NCBI GenBank assembly: GCA_020536535.1
Contig: JAHLWZ010000030.1
Location: 1-55,182 of the forward strand
Direction of reading: 5' to 3'
DNA from: Pelomyxa schiedti
Lineage: Eukaryota > Protista > Evosea
Length of the DNA stretch: 55,182 bases
Shown here piece after piece: positions 1 to 11,927 of this stretch. Every line of letters starts with the position of its first letter. Positions within the stretch are counted from its first letter, which is position 1. Under the pieces are notes generated by a model that searched no databases, was not told the DNA's origin, and worked only from the letters and a program-made list of their open reading frames with translations. Position numbers and translations under genes: made by a program.

Positions 1-1194
1 CCTGTCTTCACCGCCGCAACAGTTCCCACACGTTGTGGCTCCACTCTGATGGTTTCGCATTGTGGGTGCGGCATCGCGGATTTGTGCGGGTGGAATTTTC
101 CGGCAGGGTGATGACCTGTTGTCACTTTGATTTCAACCAAGGGATTGGCCGGGTGGTGCACAAGTTGATGCACCACAACACCTGAATATGTGTGAGTATC
201 AGAAAGGGGTGACTACAACACACACACCAAAGTTCCACACGTCTGTCTTGGGATCGCCGGTGCCGGTGCCGGTTCCGGTTCCGGTTCGGTAGGGAGGTTC
301 CGGAAATGAGTTGTGGGTGCTGTTTTTGTTGTTGGATTTGTGGGAGGTGGTTGTGGTATGTTCTTGCGGTGATCGGCATCCAAAGAATCCAAACTGTTCA
401 ATTGTGAATTCCCCGGCAATCCGGGTAGCTTTGAAGAAGGGAAAGAAAACCTTTGCCCAAGGTCCGGTTGCTCCTCCTGATTCCTGAAGTGATGTGATCC
501 AAATGCATCCTGTGTTAATGGTTGGTTAGGTGTTGTGGCGACACATGTAGGGAAAACAAACCGTCTTCAAGTAACAGTCCATTGTGAACGAGAGGAGGCT
601 GTTGCGAGTGGAGGTGCTCCAGTCCTTTTGCAACGTCTCTCAGAATCTTCTCCCTCAAACTCATTGTCAAGAGACTCCCAATGAGTGAGGACACTTCGGT
701 GGAAGGTCTCGGCATCAGTAGTTCCCTCAGGTTGAGTGGTGAATCGCCGACGAAGTTCTGAGCAATTTCCGGTGGAAGGATATTTGAAAGAAGCACCGGG
801 GGTAACTGCGCAGGCACCACCCACAACTTTGTTTCATCATGAATGCGCGCACCTGTGTAGTTCACGAGTTCACATGGGTGCTTGTAGATCGAAGACACCA
901 CTTTGTTTGGAATCTCCCTCCAAGCAGAAATCACAAGCAGTATTGCCTCCAGCACTAGTGGCACCTTATCACCCTCGTAAATCAAGATTTTGCCATCGTT
1001 CACAGAATCAGTAGATGTTGCGCCAGTCGTGAGGTAAGCAAGTTCAGGAGCAATGACCGTCAGTTTCACGGGCGGGGCACTTTCTTCCCCTCGGGGGCAT
1101 TTGATGCTACGTTCTCCGTGCAGTGCGGCCCTGAGTACGTCACCCTCTCGAAGGAATTTCATGTCAGCTGAGCTCTCTTCATTGTAGAGGAAAT
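1..1194 (-). CDS. Roco-like pseudoenzyme copy A, partial (end of COR plus pseudokinase exons); runs off the left window edge and is cut by an N-gap
   Basis: ORF 515-1162 (COR end IAPEL, kinase VIa LRDVAKGLEHLH..LVHNGLLLEDG). Downstream exons splice to ..PWAK|FGFFG..PKTDVWNFG|VLV. Near-identical to copy H 35154-36342. Confidence 0.85.
256..285 (-). repeat. (ACCGGA/ACCGGC)n hexamer repeat encoding Thr-Gly in the pseudokinase activation segment of copy A
   Basis: Plus strand gccggt x3 then tccggt x2. Related arrays occur at about 16665-16690, 26207-26227, 30733-30766 and 35406-35435. Confidence 0.9.
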
Positions 1195-1294
1195 NNNNNN
1201 NNNNNNNNNNNNNNNNNNNNNNNNNNNNNNNNNNNNNNNNNNNNNNNNNNNNNNNNNNNNNNNNNNNNNNNNNNNNNNNNNNNNNNNNNNNNNN
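1195..1294. other. Scaffold gap (100 N) with non-overlapping flanks
   Basis: Run of exactly 100 N; the left flank is mid-COR of copy A and the right flank is the 3' end of copy B. Confidence 0.99.
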
Positions 1295-1313
1295 CGCGAT
1301 TTTTTGAAGTCAT

Positions 1314-4300
1314 TCAATCACCAAAGTAGTCCCATGCCTTGAGGAGGTCGCACATCGAGGGTCTTGAGGAGGGGTTCACAGTCCAACACAAGGTCATGAG
1401 CTCCTTGGCCCATCTGGGTGTCGATTTGGGGAAGACGGGCACAATACTGCAGCCAGTCTTGACAGCAACAACAGTGGCCAGGCGTTGTGGCTCCACTGCG
1501 ATGGTGTGCGGCTGGGCCCACGGAAGCCTCGTCGAGGGGTGTTGGTGGGGATGGAACCTGCCGGCGGGGTGCCCTGGTGTGACCTGCACTCGCTGCAGGG
1601 TGTTCACAGGGTCGACAACCTGGCGAACAAGCACACCTGTGTGCGTGTTTATGGGCTGTGTTACAAGAGAGGGAGAGGGGGCAACACACACCAAAGTTCC
1701 ACACGTCTGTTTTGGGGTCACTTCCACCCAGGTGAATTCCGGTTGCGGTGTGAGGTTCCGTAACTGAGTTTTGGGTTCCGGTGTTTTTGGATTTGTGGGA
1801 GGTGGTTTCAGGATGTTCTTGTGGTGGTAGGCACCCAAAGAACCCAACCTAATCAATGTGTGTGGTTACCGGTATATATTATATATAATATTAATTAATA
1901 TTCACAATGAGCGAAAGATAGCAACCTTTGCCCAAGGTCCGGTTGTTCCTCCTGATTCTTGAAGCGATGTTATCCAAATGCATCCTGTTGAGAATTGATG
2001 GTTGTGTGGCACGAATATTAATTAATGGGGGAGGGAGAACAAAGTCAACGAACCATCTTCAAGGAACAGACCATCGTGAACGAGAGGAGGATGTTGAGAG
2101 TGTAGGTGACACAGTCCTTTGGCAACGTCTCTCAGAATCTTCTCCCTCAAACTCATTGTCAAGAGACTCCCAATGAGCGATGAAACCTGTGCTGAAGATT
2201 TCATCAACAGTTCCCTCAGGTTGAGTGGTGAATTTCTCAGCAAGCTCTGAGAGATTACTTCCAGTGCACGGTAGCTTGGAGGAAACTCAAGAGGGATTGG
2301 CTTCTGCACCACCCACAACTTTGTTCCACAAACGCGAGCACCAGTGTAGTTCATAAGTTCACGCCGGGGCTTGGGAATCTCCCTCATAATAGAAATCATC
2401 GGCAATATTGCCTCCACCACCATTGGCGCCTTCTCACCTTCATAAACCAAAATGTCACCACTTCCCACAGAATCAGATGTTGTGCCAACCTTGAGATAAG
2501 AAAGTTCAGGAGCAATGTCCGTAAGTTTCATGACTGGAGCCTTTTTGTCCCCTCGGGGACATTTGAGGTGACTGGGCTCTTGGTCCAGTGCAACCTTCAG
2601 TACATCTTGAAAGTACTTCACTTGCTCTCTCTCGTCTCTAATTTTATTCATGAGGCAATGGGGGCAGGGGAAGGACTGCACTGCTGGGAGGTTGTTGACT
2701 TGGAAAAATCTGTTCAACCACATCAACACATGGGCTCCTAGGTTTACCCCAAATGAGAGTGAGTTATGTTGAATCCCATGACTGATGGGATGCGATGAAG
2801 AAAAGGTTGTTCTCATGAACATGTTGATTGTCTCCTCAGGCTGCTCGTCGATGAGAAGATCCTGTTTACCCCCCTCACACTTCTTTGACACCCACAGGCC
2901 AGTCTTCCAAAACACCTCTGGATAAACACCTGGTATCTGCCGCACCATGTTCATCAGTTGTGTGAGCATCCCTTCATGAATATTCTCAAGCCGGAAGGCT
3001 CTACCGGTTACAATGATTTTGTCCTTGGTGCTGTTAAACTTCCTAAAACTTCCCCATACTGAATTCATTAGATTCTCAGGCACGCCATCTGAACCACTCA
3101 TAGGGGGCTTTTGCAGTAGACAGAAGGAAATGTGAGGAACGTTGTCACACATGAACGCCAGGTGTAGTTCCTGAAGAAGAGATGACATCCAAGAGGAAAT
3201 TCCTGGCATCCGAGTCTGAACCTGCACTCCCAACAAGATTCTCTGAGCACAGTCAGCCATTTGATTGAGTTCTGCCTTCTTTTGACCTGTGTGGCGGGAT
3301 CTGTGTCATCACTATTCATGAACTCCCCAACGGCTCTTATGAGAGTGCCATAATTGATGCCCCTCACAGATTCCTTCATAGCAGAGAACTGGTTGTTGAA
3401 CCACTCTAGCTTCAACACAACGAACTGAGAGAGGATGGGTTGGGAGTTTGACCAGAGGGGATGCCTGAAGTGGATGATGGATCCTGTGTCCGACAGGAAA
3501 TCACAACACATCTCAAGATCAACTTCTGGATTCACTCCACTCAGAACACCAACACCACAGGAAGCAGCCATTTGAACAAAGTCAGTCCACTTGATGATGC
3601 TTTCTTGCACCACCCTCAGCCTCTTGGACAATGCGATCCATCTTGGTGAAACTGGTCTTGTGGTTTCCTTGGCAATTCTTTCAAGGAGCTGAGAAATTCT
3701 TCCAACTTGCTTTCCTGTGATGGGTTTGCATGTAGAAGCTGAGTTGAAGGTGAATGGAGGGGAATCAGAGAACCACTCATAATCCTTGAAGTAGTTGATT
3801 ACAGAAACTGCACGAAGAGTGAGGTTCTTGAATCGGTCTGAATGCAGGATTGGGTCCACTGTTCGTGAAAGTTTTTCTTGGATGTCAGGGTACGCTCTGC
3901 CGAACGCAACGAGGATAATTTGGGCAGTTCCGCGAACGTTGGATTGACTCCAACACCTAGATATTTCATCAAGCCAGAAGAACAATTTCTTTGGGGGTTC
4001 AGTCTCATCCAAATTGACTTGGAAAAAATCGAAGAATGCCAGGAAAACAGAATTGCTGCAGAAGAAGCACGGGAAAAATAGGTGGTGTTTTTCACCTGAG
4101 TTGGAAAAATTGAGTGGGCTTGGTGAAAAAAAAAAAGAAAAAAAGAAAAAAGGGCGCTGCACACCCAAGCTCCACACTGTCCATGTGTGTGACTCCTCTT
4201 TATTGTGCATCTTGAAATCCTGCTGAGTGTTGATGACGGCTGCATGATGGACGTATCTTTTTTTGAAGTCCAACTTCAGTTTGTGTCTTTTGTCTTTCAA

Positions 4301-5629
4301 GCACTTCAAAACATCTTCCTGCAAGTTTCTGTCCTCCCCGAAGCAAATGAGTTTGTGGGAATTTGAAAACTTGGCAGACTCGGCAAAGAGCATGCGGTGG
4401 ATGTACCATCTGTTCCCCATCGGCTCTTCATTAAACTTGGCAATATCTTGTACTTTGGTATGAGTAAGCCACTGTGGTAGTTGCGTAATGGAATTGTGAC
4501 GAAGGTCCAGGTTCTGACACGTTATTCCTGAAAGTTGTTCTGGTACTGATTTCAAATTCAGGCCTCCAAGGGTAACAACCTCGTCTTGCATGGATTTTGC
4601 CAGTATCAGTTCAGTTACCGCAGGCCAGTTTTTCACTTGAATCCATCTTTTCAGTGCACATCCCAACACTGAAATTGATTCATGAAACGGGACGTGGGGC
4701 CCTGGACCTAAAATTGGAAGAAATTTGTTCCGCACTGTGGATGGAGACATGTACGTAATATCAAGCCCAGTTCCAGGTGGCAAAACCGACTCTATTATAT
4801 TTACTTGTGATGAATTCGATACCATAATTGGGGTTGGGTAATATACCGTAACCGGGGAGTCTTGCCGTTTCAAGTATCGAGCGAAATAATCCCGGTGGTG
4901 TGCGTGGTTGCCCTTCTTTGGTGATCCCTTTCAACAACTTGAATGCACCGATCTGTTTGTTGTCAGATGGCGGTAAGATATTGTAATACAGCAAACGCAC
5001 CGAAAACGCGGCGACTAAGCTGCCCCGCCTATCTGCCTTTCCATTGGAAATCCCACAATCCACAAGCAAGAGATTCCTGGCTTTAGCCGCAGCCTTCGCA
5101 TTGCCCTCCATATCGAAAATTCCACCTTGATACACCCCTGCCAGGGAAGGAACCATCCCCTCGAGGCACTTTGGGACGTCAGGGGACTTTACCATGGCCA
5201 CAACAACAACAGCAGCAGCAGCGTCGGCGTCGTCGTCGTCACTGCGTCCCATAATATTGCCAGCCCAACCGGGCATGCTCGTGTCCCGGAGCACCCTGGG
5301 CCCGGTGACCCACCCATTCCTGTGCAGCCTCACCCTCACTCTCCTCATCCTCCTGCCGCCGCCATTGTCCCCTAATTGCAATTCCATTCCCTCTGGTGTT
5401 GTTCGGGGGACGGGTTGGCGCTCGGGGTTGAGGCCGGAGTAGAAGAAGAAGGGATCTTGGTCTGGGAGGGTGATGGTGAGTCGCCCCGGCGCTGCTGCTG
5501 CTGGCCCGCTTCGGGGGTGATGCCGCGTGTCTCGAGTTCGTCGAACAGCATGGAGACGCAAGACTCATCGCCGATGACCGCGCACTTTACAACAGGCACC
5601 CCAATCGCTTCGTCTTTGTGATGGTGCAT
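1314..5629 (-). pseudogene. Roco-like copy B (pseudoRas-LRR-pseudoRoc-COR-pseudokinase) with two 1-nt deletions
   Basis: ORFs 5372-5656, 4761-5561, 3098-4873, 2022-3260 and 1314-1856 tile the same 7-exon architecture as the paralogues. Frameshifts lie at about 5480 (GGC GAC TC ACC vs paralogue GGC GAC CTC ACC) and about 3268 (CAG AAC TC AAT CAA ATG vs CAG CAC CAC AAT CAA ATG). Consensus errors cannot be excluded. Confidence 0.75.
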
Positions 5630-5945
5630 CGTCGTAGTTGTTGTTAAGCTGTTCACAGAAAACTCACCAAGCGAGATAAAGAGGAAAGTGTTTATTTATT
5701 TTAGTTGATCTGGTGGAGGTGTGGTGAAAGTGTGGAATAAGTGCATGAAAGATAAGGAATGGATAAGCCCAGGTGCTTCCCATGAATTCCAGGTATTCAG
5801 TGGACCCACAGCATCACGTGATTCCCTTTTTCAGGAAGTCATCACTTTCACATAGGTGCTGAGGTGAAGTGTTATGTGCCGTGCTGTGGTGCACTGTTGT
5901 TAAAACACCTCTGCCTTTTTTTTGTTTTCAAACCTTAAACATCAT

Positions 5946-8900
5946 TCAAACACCAAAGTAGTCCCATGCCTTGAGGAGATTGCGCACCGATGGCCTTGAG
6001 GAGGGGTTCACAGTCCAACACAAGGTCATGAGCTCCTTGGCCCATCTGGGTGTCGATTTGGGGAAGACGGGCACAATACTGCAGCCAGTCTTGACAGCAA
6101 CAACAGTGGCCAGGCGTTGTGGCTCCACTGCGATGGTGTGCGGCTGGGCCCACGGAAGCCTCGTCGAGGGGTGTTGGTGGGGATGGAACCTGCCGGCGGG
6201 GTGCCCTGGTGTGACCTGCACTCGCTGCAGGGTGTTCACAGGGTCGACAACCTGGCGAACAAGCACACCTGTGTGCGTGTTTGTGTGTGTTACAGGAGAG
6301 GAAACTACACACACCAAAGTTCCACACGTCGGTGTTGGGATCATTTCCGCCGGTGTGAATTCCGGTTCCGCTGCGATGTGCTGGTAATGAGTTTTGGGTG
6401 CGGGTGGTTTTTTTGGATTTGTGGGGGTTTGCCGGATGTTCTTGTGGTGATCTGCACCCAAAGAACCCAACCTGTTCACTCGGTCATTACCGGTAATTTA
6501 CATTGAGGAAGTATAGCAACCTTTGCCCAATGTCCGGTTGTTCCTCCTGATTCCTGAAGTGATGTGATCCAAATGCATCCTGTAGGTTGCGTGGCACGAA
6601 TATTTATTAATGGGGGAGGGAGAACAAAGTCAACGAACCATCTTCAAGGAACAGACCATCGTGAACGAGAGGAGGATGTTGAGAGTGTAGGCAATCCAGT
6701 GCTTTGGCAACGTCTCTCAGAATCTTCTCCCTCAAACTCATTGTCAAGAGACTCCCAATGAACGATGACACCTCGGTGGAAGGTCTCATCATCAACAGTT
6801 CCCTCAGGTTGAGTGGCGGAACGATTTCTGGGAAAGGATGGTTTGGAGGAAATTCAAGAGGTATTGTCTCAGACTCCACCAACAACTTTGTTCCATCATG
6901 AATACGAGCACCAGTGTATTTCAAAAGTTCAGTTTGCTTTGGAATCTCACTCAAAACATAAATCACGGGTAAAATTGTCCCTGCAACATGCTGGGCATTC
7001 TCTCCCTCATAAATAATTTGGCCATTGCTCTGCGAAGTGGGTGTTGTGTCAACCTTGAGGCAAGAAAGTTCAGGAGCTATTTCAGTTAGATTCAAGGATT
7101 GGTGCTTTTCCTTCTGGAAGGGGCATCTGAGGATGCTTGTCGCATCCCGTGCAGCCATAAGAACCTCCCCCTCCTCAAAGTTTTTCAGTGACGCCAGGGG
7201 CCCCCCTCCCAGTACTATATCCTTGAGGCAATGGGGACAGTAGAAGGACTGCACTGCTGGGAGGTTGTTGACTTGGAAAAATATGTTCAACCACATCAAC
7301 ACACGAGCTGCCAGGTTGAGTCCCAGTGAATGTGAGTGACAGGTTTCAGTGGCAGGCGAAGAAAAGGTTGTTCTCATGAGCACGCTGATCGAGTCCCCTG
7401 GTTTCTCAATGATGAAAAGATCCTGTGTGACGCCCTCACACTTCTTTGATATCCACATGCCAGTCTTCCAAAACACTTCTGGTTGCATTCCTGGGATTTG
7501 TCGCACCATGTTCATCAGTTGCGTGAACATCCCTTCGTGAATATGGTCAATGTGGAAAGTCCTTCCACACACGATGGTTTCGACTTTCTTGAGTGGCTGA
7601 TTCCTAGAAGCTGGCCATACTTCACCCAGTAATAGCTGGAGACTGTAACTCATAGGGCTGTCAGTCAAGCCAGGCATAAGAGAGAAGGAAAGGTGAGGCA
7701 CATTGTCACACATGAACGCAAGCTGTAGTTCCTGAAGAAGAGACGACATCCAAGAGCTAATGTCTGGCATCCAGGTCTGAACATGACCTCCTGATAAGAT
7801 TCTTTGGGCAAAGTCAGCCATTTGACTGCCACTCATTCTTTTGAACTGTGTGGAGGAATCCGTGTCTTCACTGCCAAGGGGCTTCTGGTGGTCCCTGAGG
7901 AGCTTTAGAAAAGAGATGCCCCTCACGTCAGATAACAGCTTGTTGAACCACTCTAGCTTCAGCACAACAAATTGACAAAGTATGGTTTGGAACTTTGACC
8001 AGAGGGGATGCCTGAAGTGGATGATGGATCCTGTGTCCGACAGGAAATCACAACACATCTCAAGGTCAACTTCTGGATTTAATCCACACAGAGCTCCAAC
8101 ACCACAGGAAGCAGCCATTTGGACAAAGTCAGTCCACTTGATGATGCTTTCCCGCATCACCCTCAGCTTCTTGGAGAATGCGATCCACCTTGGTGAAACT
8201 GGTCTTGTGGTTTCCTTGGCAATTCTTTCCAGGAGTTGAGAGATTCTTCCAACTTGCTTTCCTGTGATGGGTGTGGATGTAGAATCTGTGTTGAAGGAGA
8301 ATGGAGTGGAATCAGAGAACCACTCGTATTCTTTTACGTGGTTGACAGTAAGTGGTTGGATAACAGAAACTCCACGCAGAGTGAGGTTATTGAATCGGTC
8401 TGACTGTAAAATGGGGTCAACTATTTGTACAATTTCTTTCTGGATGTCAATTTCAGTGGACACATTGGCGTGCACAAGGAGGATAATCTGGGCATTTCCG
8501 AAAACGTTGGATTGACTCCAGCACCTGGAAATTTCATCAAGCCAGAAGGACAATCTCTTCAGGTGTTCCTTCCTTTTGTTCAAAGTGCAGAACACCAGGA
8601 AAACGGAATTACTGCAGAAGAAGCATGGGAAAAACGGGTGGCAGTTCTCACCTGGAAAAATTGAGTGGACTGCGTGAAAAAAGCACTACACACCCAAGCT
8701 CCACACTGTCCATGTGTGTGATTCCTCTTTATTGTTCATCTTGAAATCCTGCTGAACGTTGATGACGGCTGGCTGGTTTTCCTTTCTTTTTAAATTCAAC
8801 TTCAGTTTGTGTCTTTTGTCTCTCAAGCAGTTCAAGACATCTTCCTGCAAGTTACTTTGTTCCCCAAAGCAAATGAATTTGTGGGAATTTGGAAACATGG

Positions 8901-10354
8901 GAGACTCTCCAAAGAGCATGTGGTGCATGTCCCATCCCTTTCCAATCGGCTCTTCATCAAACTTTGCAATGTTTTGTATTTTTGCATGAGCAAGCCATTG
9001 TGGTATCCAAGTGATGGAACTGTGACGAANNNNNNNNNNNNNNNNNNNNNNNNNNNNNNNNNNNNNNNNNNNNNNNNNNNNNNNNNNNNNNNNNNNNNNN
9101 NNNNNNNNNNNNNNNNNNNNNNNNNNNNNCCAAAGAGCATGTGGTGCATGTCCCATCCCTTTCCAATCGGCTCTTCATCAAACTTTGCAATGTTTTGTAT
9201 TTTTGCATGAGCAAGCCATTGTGGTATCCAAGTGATGGAACTGTGACGAAGGTTTAATTGCTGACAGGTTATCCCTGAAAGTTGTTCTGGTACGGATTTC
9301 AAATTTAGACCACCAAGAGTGACATCCTCGTTTCGCATTGCTTTTGCCAGTATCAACTCTGTTATTGCCGGCCAGTTTTTCACTCGAATCCATCTTTTCA
9401 GTGCTGACCCAACAACTGAAATTGATTCAGGATACGGGACATTGGGCACTGGACCTAAAATCGGAAGAAATTTGTTCCGCACTGTGGATGGAGACATGTA
9501 GGTGATATCAAGCCCAGTTCCAGGTGGCAAAACTGACGCAATTATATTTTTTGTGATGAATAATAAATAATATACCGTAACCGGGGAGTCTTGCTGTTTC
9601 TAGTATTGCGCGAAACAGTCCTTGTGGTTCCCCTTCTTTGATCCCTTTCAACAACTTAAAAGTTCCAATCTGTTTTAGATCAGCAAAAAGTGCTTGGTAA
9701 ACAGGTTATTGTTATTGCTGTAATAGATGAGAGATGGAAGAGACTCACCGAAAAGGCCCTCACAAATTTTTCACGTGTAGTTCCAGTTCCACAATCCACA
9801 AGCAACAGGTTTTTGGCTTTGGCTGCTGTGGCCGCGAGGACCTCCAGCTTCTCTGTGACACCTCTCCTCCCTGCGTACAGCTCGCTCAAGGCACCCGCCA
9901 TGTCGGCGGTGATTTTGTAGCCAGGGGAGTTGGCCATGGCCACGACCACAGCCGCATCAACCCCTGATTCCAGCTCCCTCCTGAGACCTTCCCGCCACCG
10001 CATCCTGTTGAGCCTCACCCTCACCACTTTGCCTCTCTCCCTGTGCCCGTGCCCGTGCCCGTGCCCGTGCTCCTGCCCGTGCCTGTGCGTCCTCGCCGAC
10101 TCGGACGCCGCCCCCTTGCTCCGCTCCAGCACCAGGCCCTGTCGTTGTTGTTGTTGGTGGTGTGGCCCGGAAGGGAGGGTGACGGCGACGGTGAGGACGC
10201 CGGGGGCTGGCGCATCCGCTGGTGACGGCGACGGCGCGATGCCGCTTGCCACCAGTTCCTCAAACAGCGACGAGATGGCGGACTGGTCCCCTACGAGTAC
10301 GCACTCGACGACTGGCACCCGCTCTCCACTTGGTTCCTTGCGACAGGCCAACAT
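5946..10354 (-). CDS. Roco-like pseudoenzyme copy C (apparently intact once the spurious gap is collapsed)
   Basis: Exon 1 VVECVLVGD..VRVRL..NLLLVDCG..AFS|IGTFKLLKG..PGY|VLPPG; LRR LGGLNLKSVP/LNLRHSSITWIP; Roc-like KFICFG..WTVWSLG|ENCHPFFPCFFC; COR RPVSPRWI, DLEMCCDFLSDTGSIIHF, FWKTG, CPHC; kinase-like LHSQHPPLVHDGLFLEDG|..WAK|VGFFG..TDVWNFG|..CWTVNPSSRP. All introns GT-AG. Confidence 0.85.
9030..9129. other. Scaffold gap (100 N) between overlapping contig ends
   Basis: 8909-9029 is repeated exactly at 9130-9250 (121 bp). Confidence 0.95.
10043..10070 (-). repeat. (CACGGG)n repeat encoding HGHGHGHG in exon 1 of copy C
   Basis: Plus strand gtgccc x4 plus gtgc. Confidence 0.9.
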
Positions 10355-10491
10355 CAAATCGACTGTTTCTGTCAGTGACGGTCACCAATGACTCTTATTT
10401 CTCCCCGACTCACCAGATGGCGTCACCAATCAGCGGGGACATTGTTTGTTAGTGAGGAAGTAGAACTTGTTGTTGTTGCAGGGAAAAAAAA

Positions 10492-11728
10492 TCAAATTCC
10501 AGGGGGGAGAGGAGGGTTCATGACAAACTTATAGGCAGTTGGGCAGCAGCACATATGTACAGTAGGGAACATTGGAACAGAGGTGTCCACATCACAATAT
10601 CTAACAAGTGGTGTATGATTTCTCCACACACCAACACAGGCCCTCTCCTTGTTGCTGGTTCCCTCGGCACGTGTTTGAAATGTGACGAGGAACGAGAACC
10701 TGTCACCAGGCATCGCTTGAGCCTGGTCTGCTGTAACATTCAGCGAGACTCCTGAGGGAGCAATCACTTGTGTGCCTTGGACTCTGGTCAGAATGCTCCA
10801 GCCAAAAGACAGGCCAAAAGACTTCACACCCCTGCACTCGCTCAGATGTGGGTATGTGATTGGGTAGAAGTCACCCCCGTGACTCTTTTCAGCATCAAGA
10901 ACCATCCCCATGAGAGATGAACTGGCTCCCAGTCCTTCCTTATTAACGTTTACAAGAAATTAAGTGCATTGTTTGTTGAGAATTAATTACCTGGCATGAT
11001 TGAGTGATAGGCTTCACCAGATCAAAGGCCCAATACACCATGTTTGAATTACCAGCAATTTGCTGAATAGAAGGTTCCAACCAAGCGATCCTCCCTCCAA
11101 CCGTGCTTGCACATTTGCATTTAATGCCTTCATCTAAGTCTCTCCACACCACTGTATCATCCTCAATTGTGATACCTCCCCCTATTGTCTGCCACGTTCC
11201 ACGTGTGTACACATGAATTGTAAATTCTGCTGTTTTTGTTTTTTGTTTTAGTTTCAGTGGAACGGGAGGAGTTTTTGTTTCGTTTCAGTGGAAAGGGAAC
11301 TAGTTTTTTGCAACGTTTACTCAGTGCACACCCATTATCCACTCTATGATTAAGGTTGCCACAGAGGGAGGCACGTTGAGTGCTGACATCACACTGGCGC
11401 CACCTGCCCTGTGATGCCACCCTGCCAAGAACGCAACCGACTTCTGCACGGCAACATCACGCAACCTACGCCTCGTAGTTGTGGTAGGGCGATCGGCGAT
11501 GCTCGTTGTTTGTTGTGGCTGAATTATAGAGGAGGTTGTTGGAGTGGAAACGGTAGTGCCCCGCTTCCTTCTCCAAAACATCTGTTTGATTCCTTGTGTG
11601 AAAGTGATGACTTTCCGAACAAGGGAGGACAGCAGCATCACTTGAGAGGCAATACTGGGGGGCCCCCACTTTGGCCGCACAGAAGGAGGTGGTTCCGCTA
11701 CCCCTGCGGTACTCCCGCTTGTTGTCAT
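10492..11728 (-). CDS. Hypothetical protein, HxRxG-motif family (3 exons)
   Basis: ORFs 11321-11728 (AFLAGWHHRAGGASV..LNVPPSVATLIIEWIMG), 10943-11212 and 10492-10911 join in frame through two GT-AG introns (..IMG|EFTIHVYTRG; ..SCQ|EGLGAS). Confidence 0.6.
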
Positions 11729-11927
11729 TTCAACTTTTTATTGCTTATCACACCTCGCCACGCCCCAGGTCGTACTTCTAGTCAAAAATACAATAAAAAA
11801 ACGAGTTAGAACCAGTAAAACAAACACAGTCACTACGACATCGTTTTCAGACTAAAAACCACCACCACTTACTGTTTTGTTTCGGTGGTACCCTTGTTGT
11901 GACTCCCGACACAGCCAACAGAGCGAC

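Noticed and set aside
3255-3285. Programmed ribosomal frameshift or 11-nt mini-intron rescuing copy B
   Set aside because: No slippery heptamer seen, paralogues are continuous here, and 11 nt is implausibly short for a spliceosomal intron.
8909-9250. 121-bp direct repeat flanking an N-run inside copy C
   Set aside because: Exact overlap of the same length as at the 16238 gap; typical of k-mer-overlap contig ends scaffolded with a default 100-N gap, not a biological duplication or target-site duplication.
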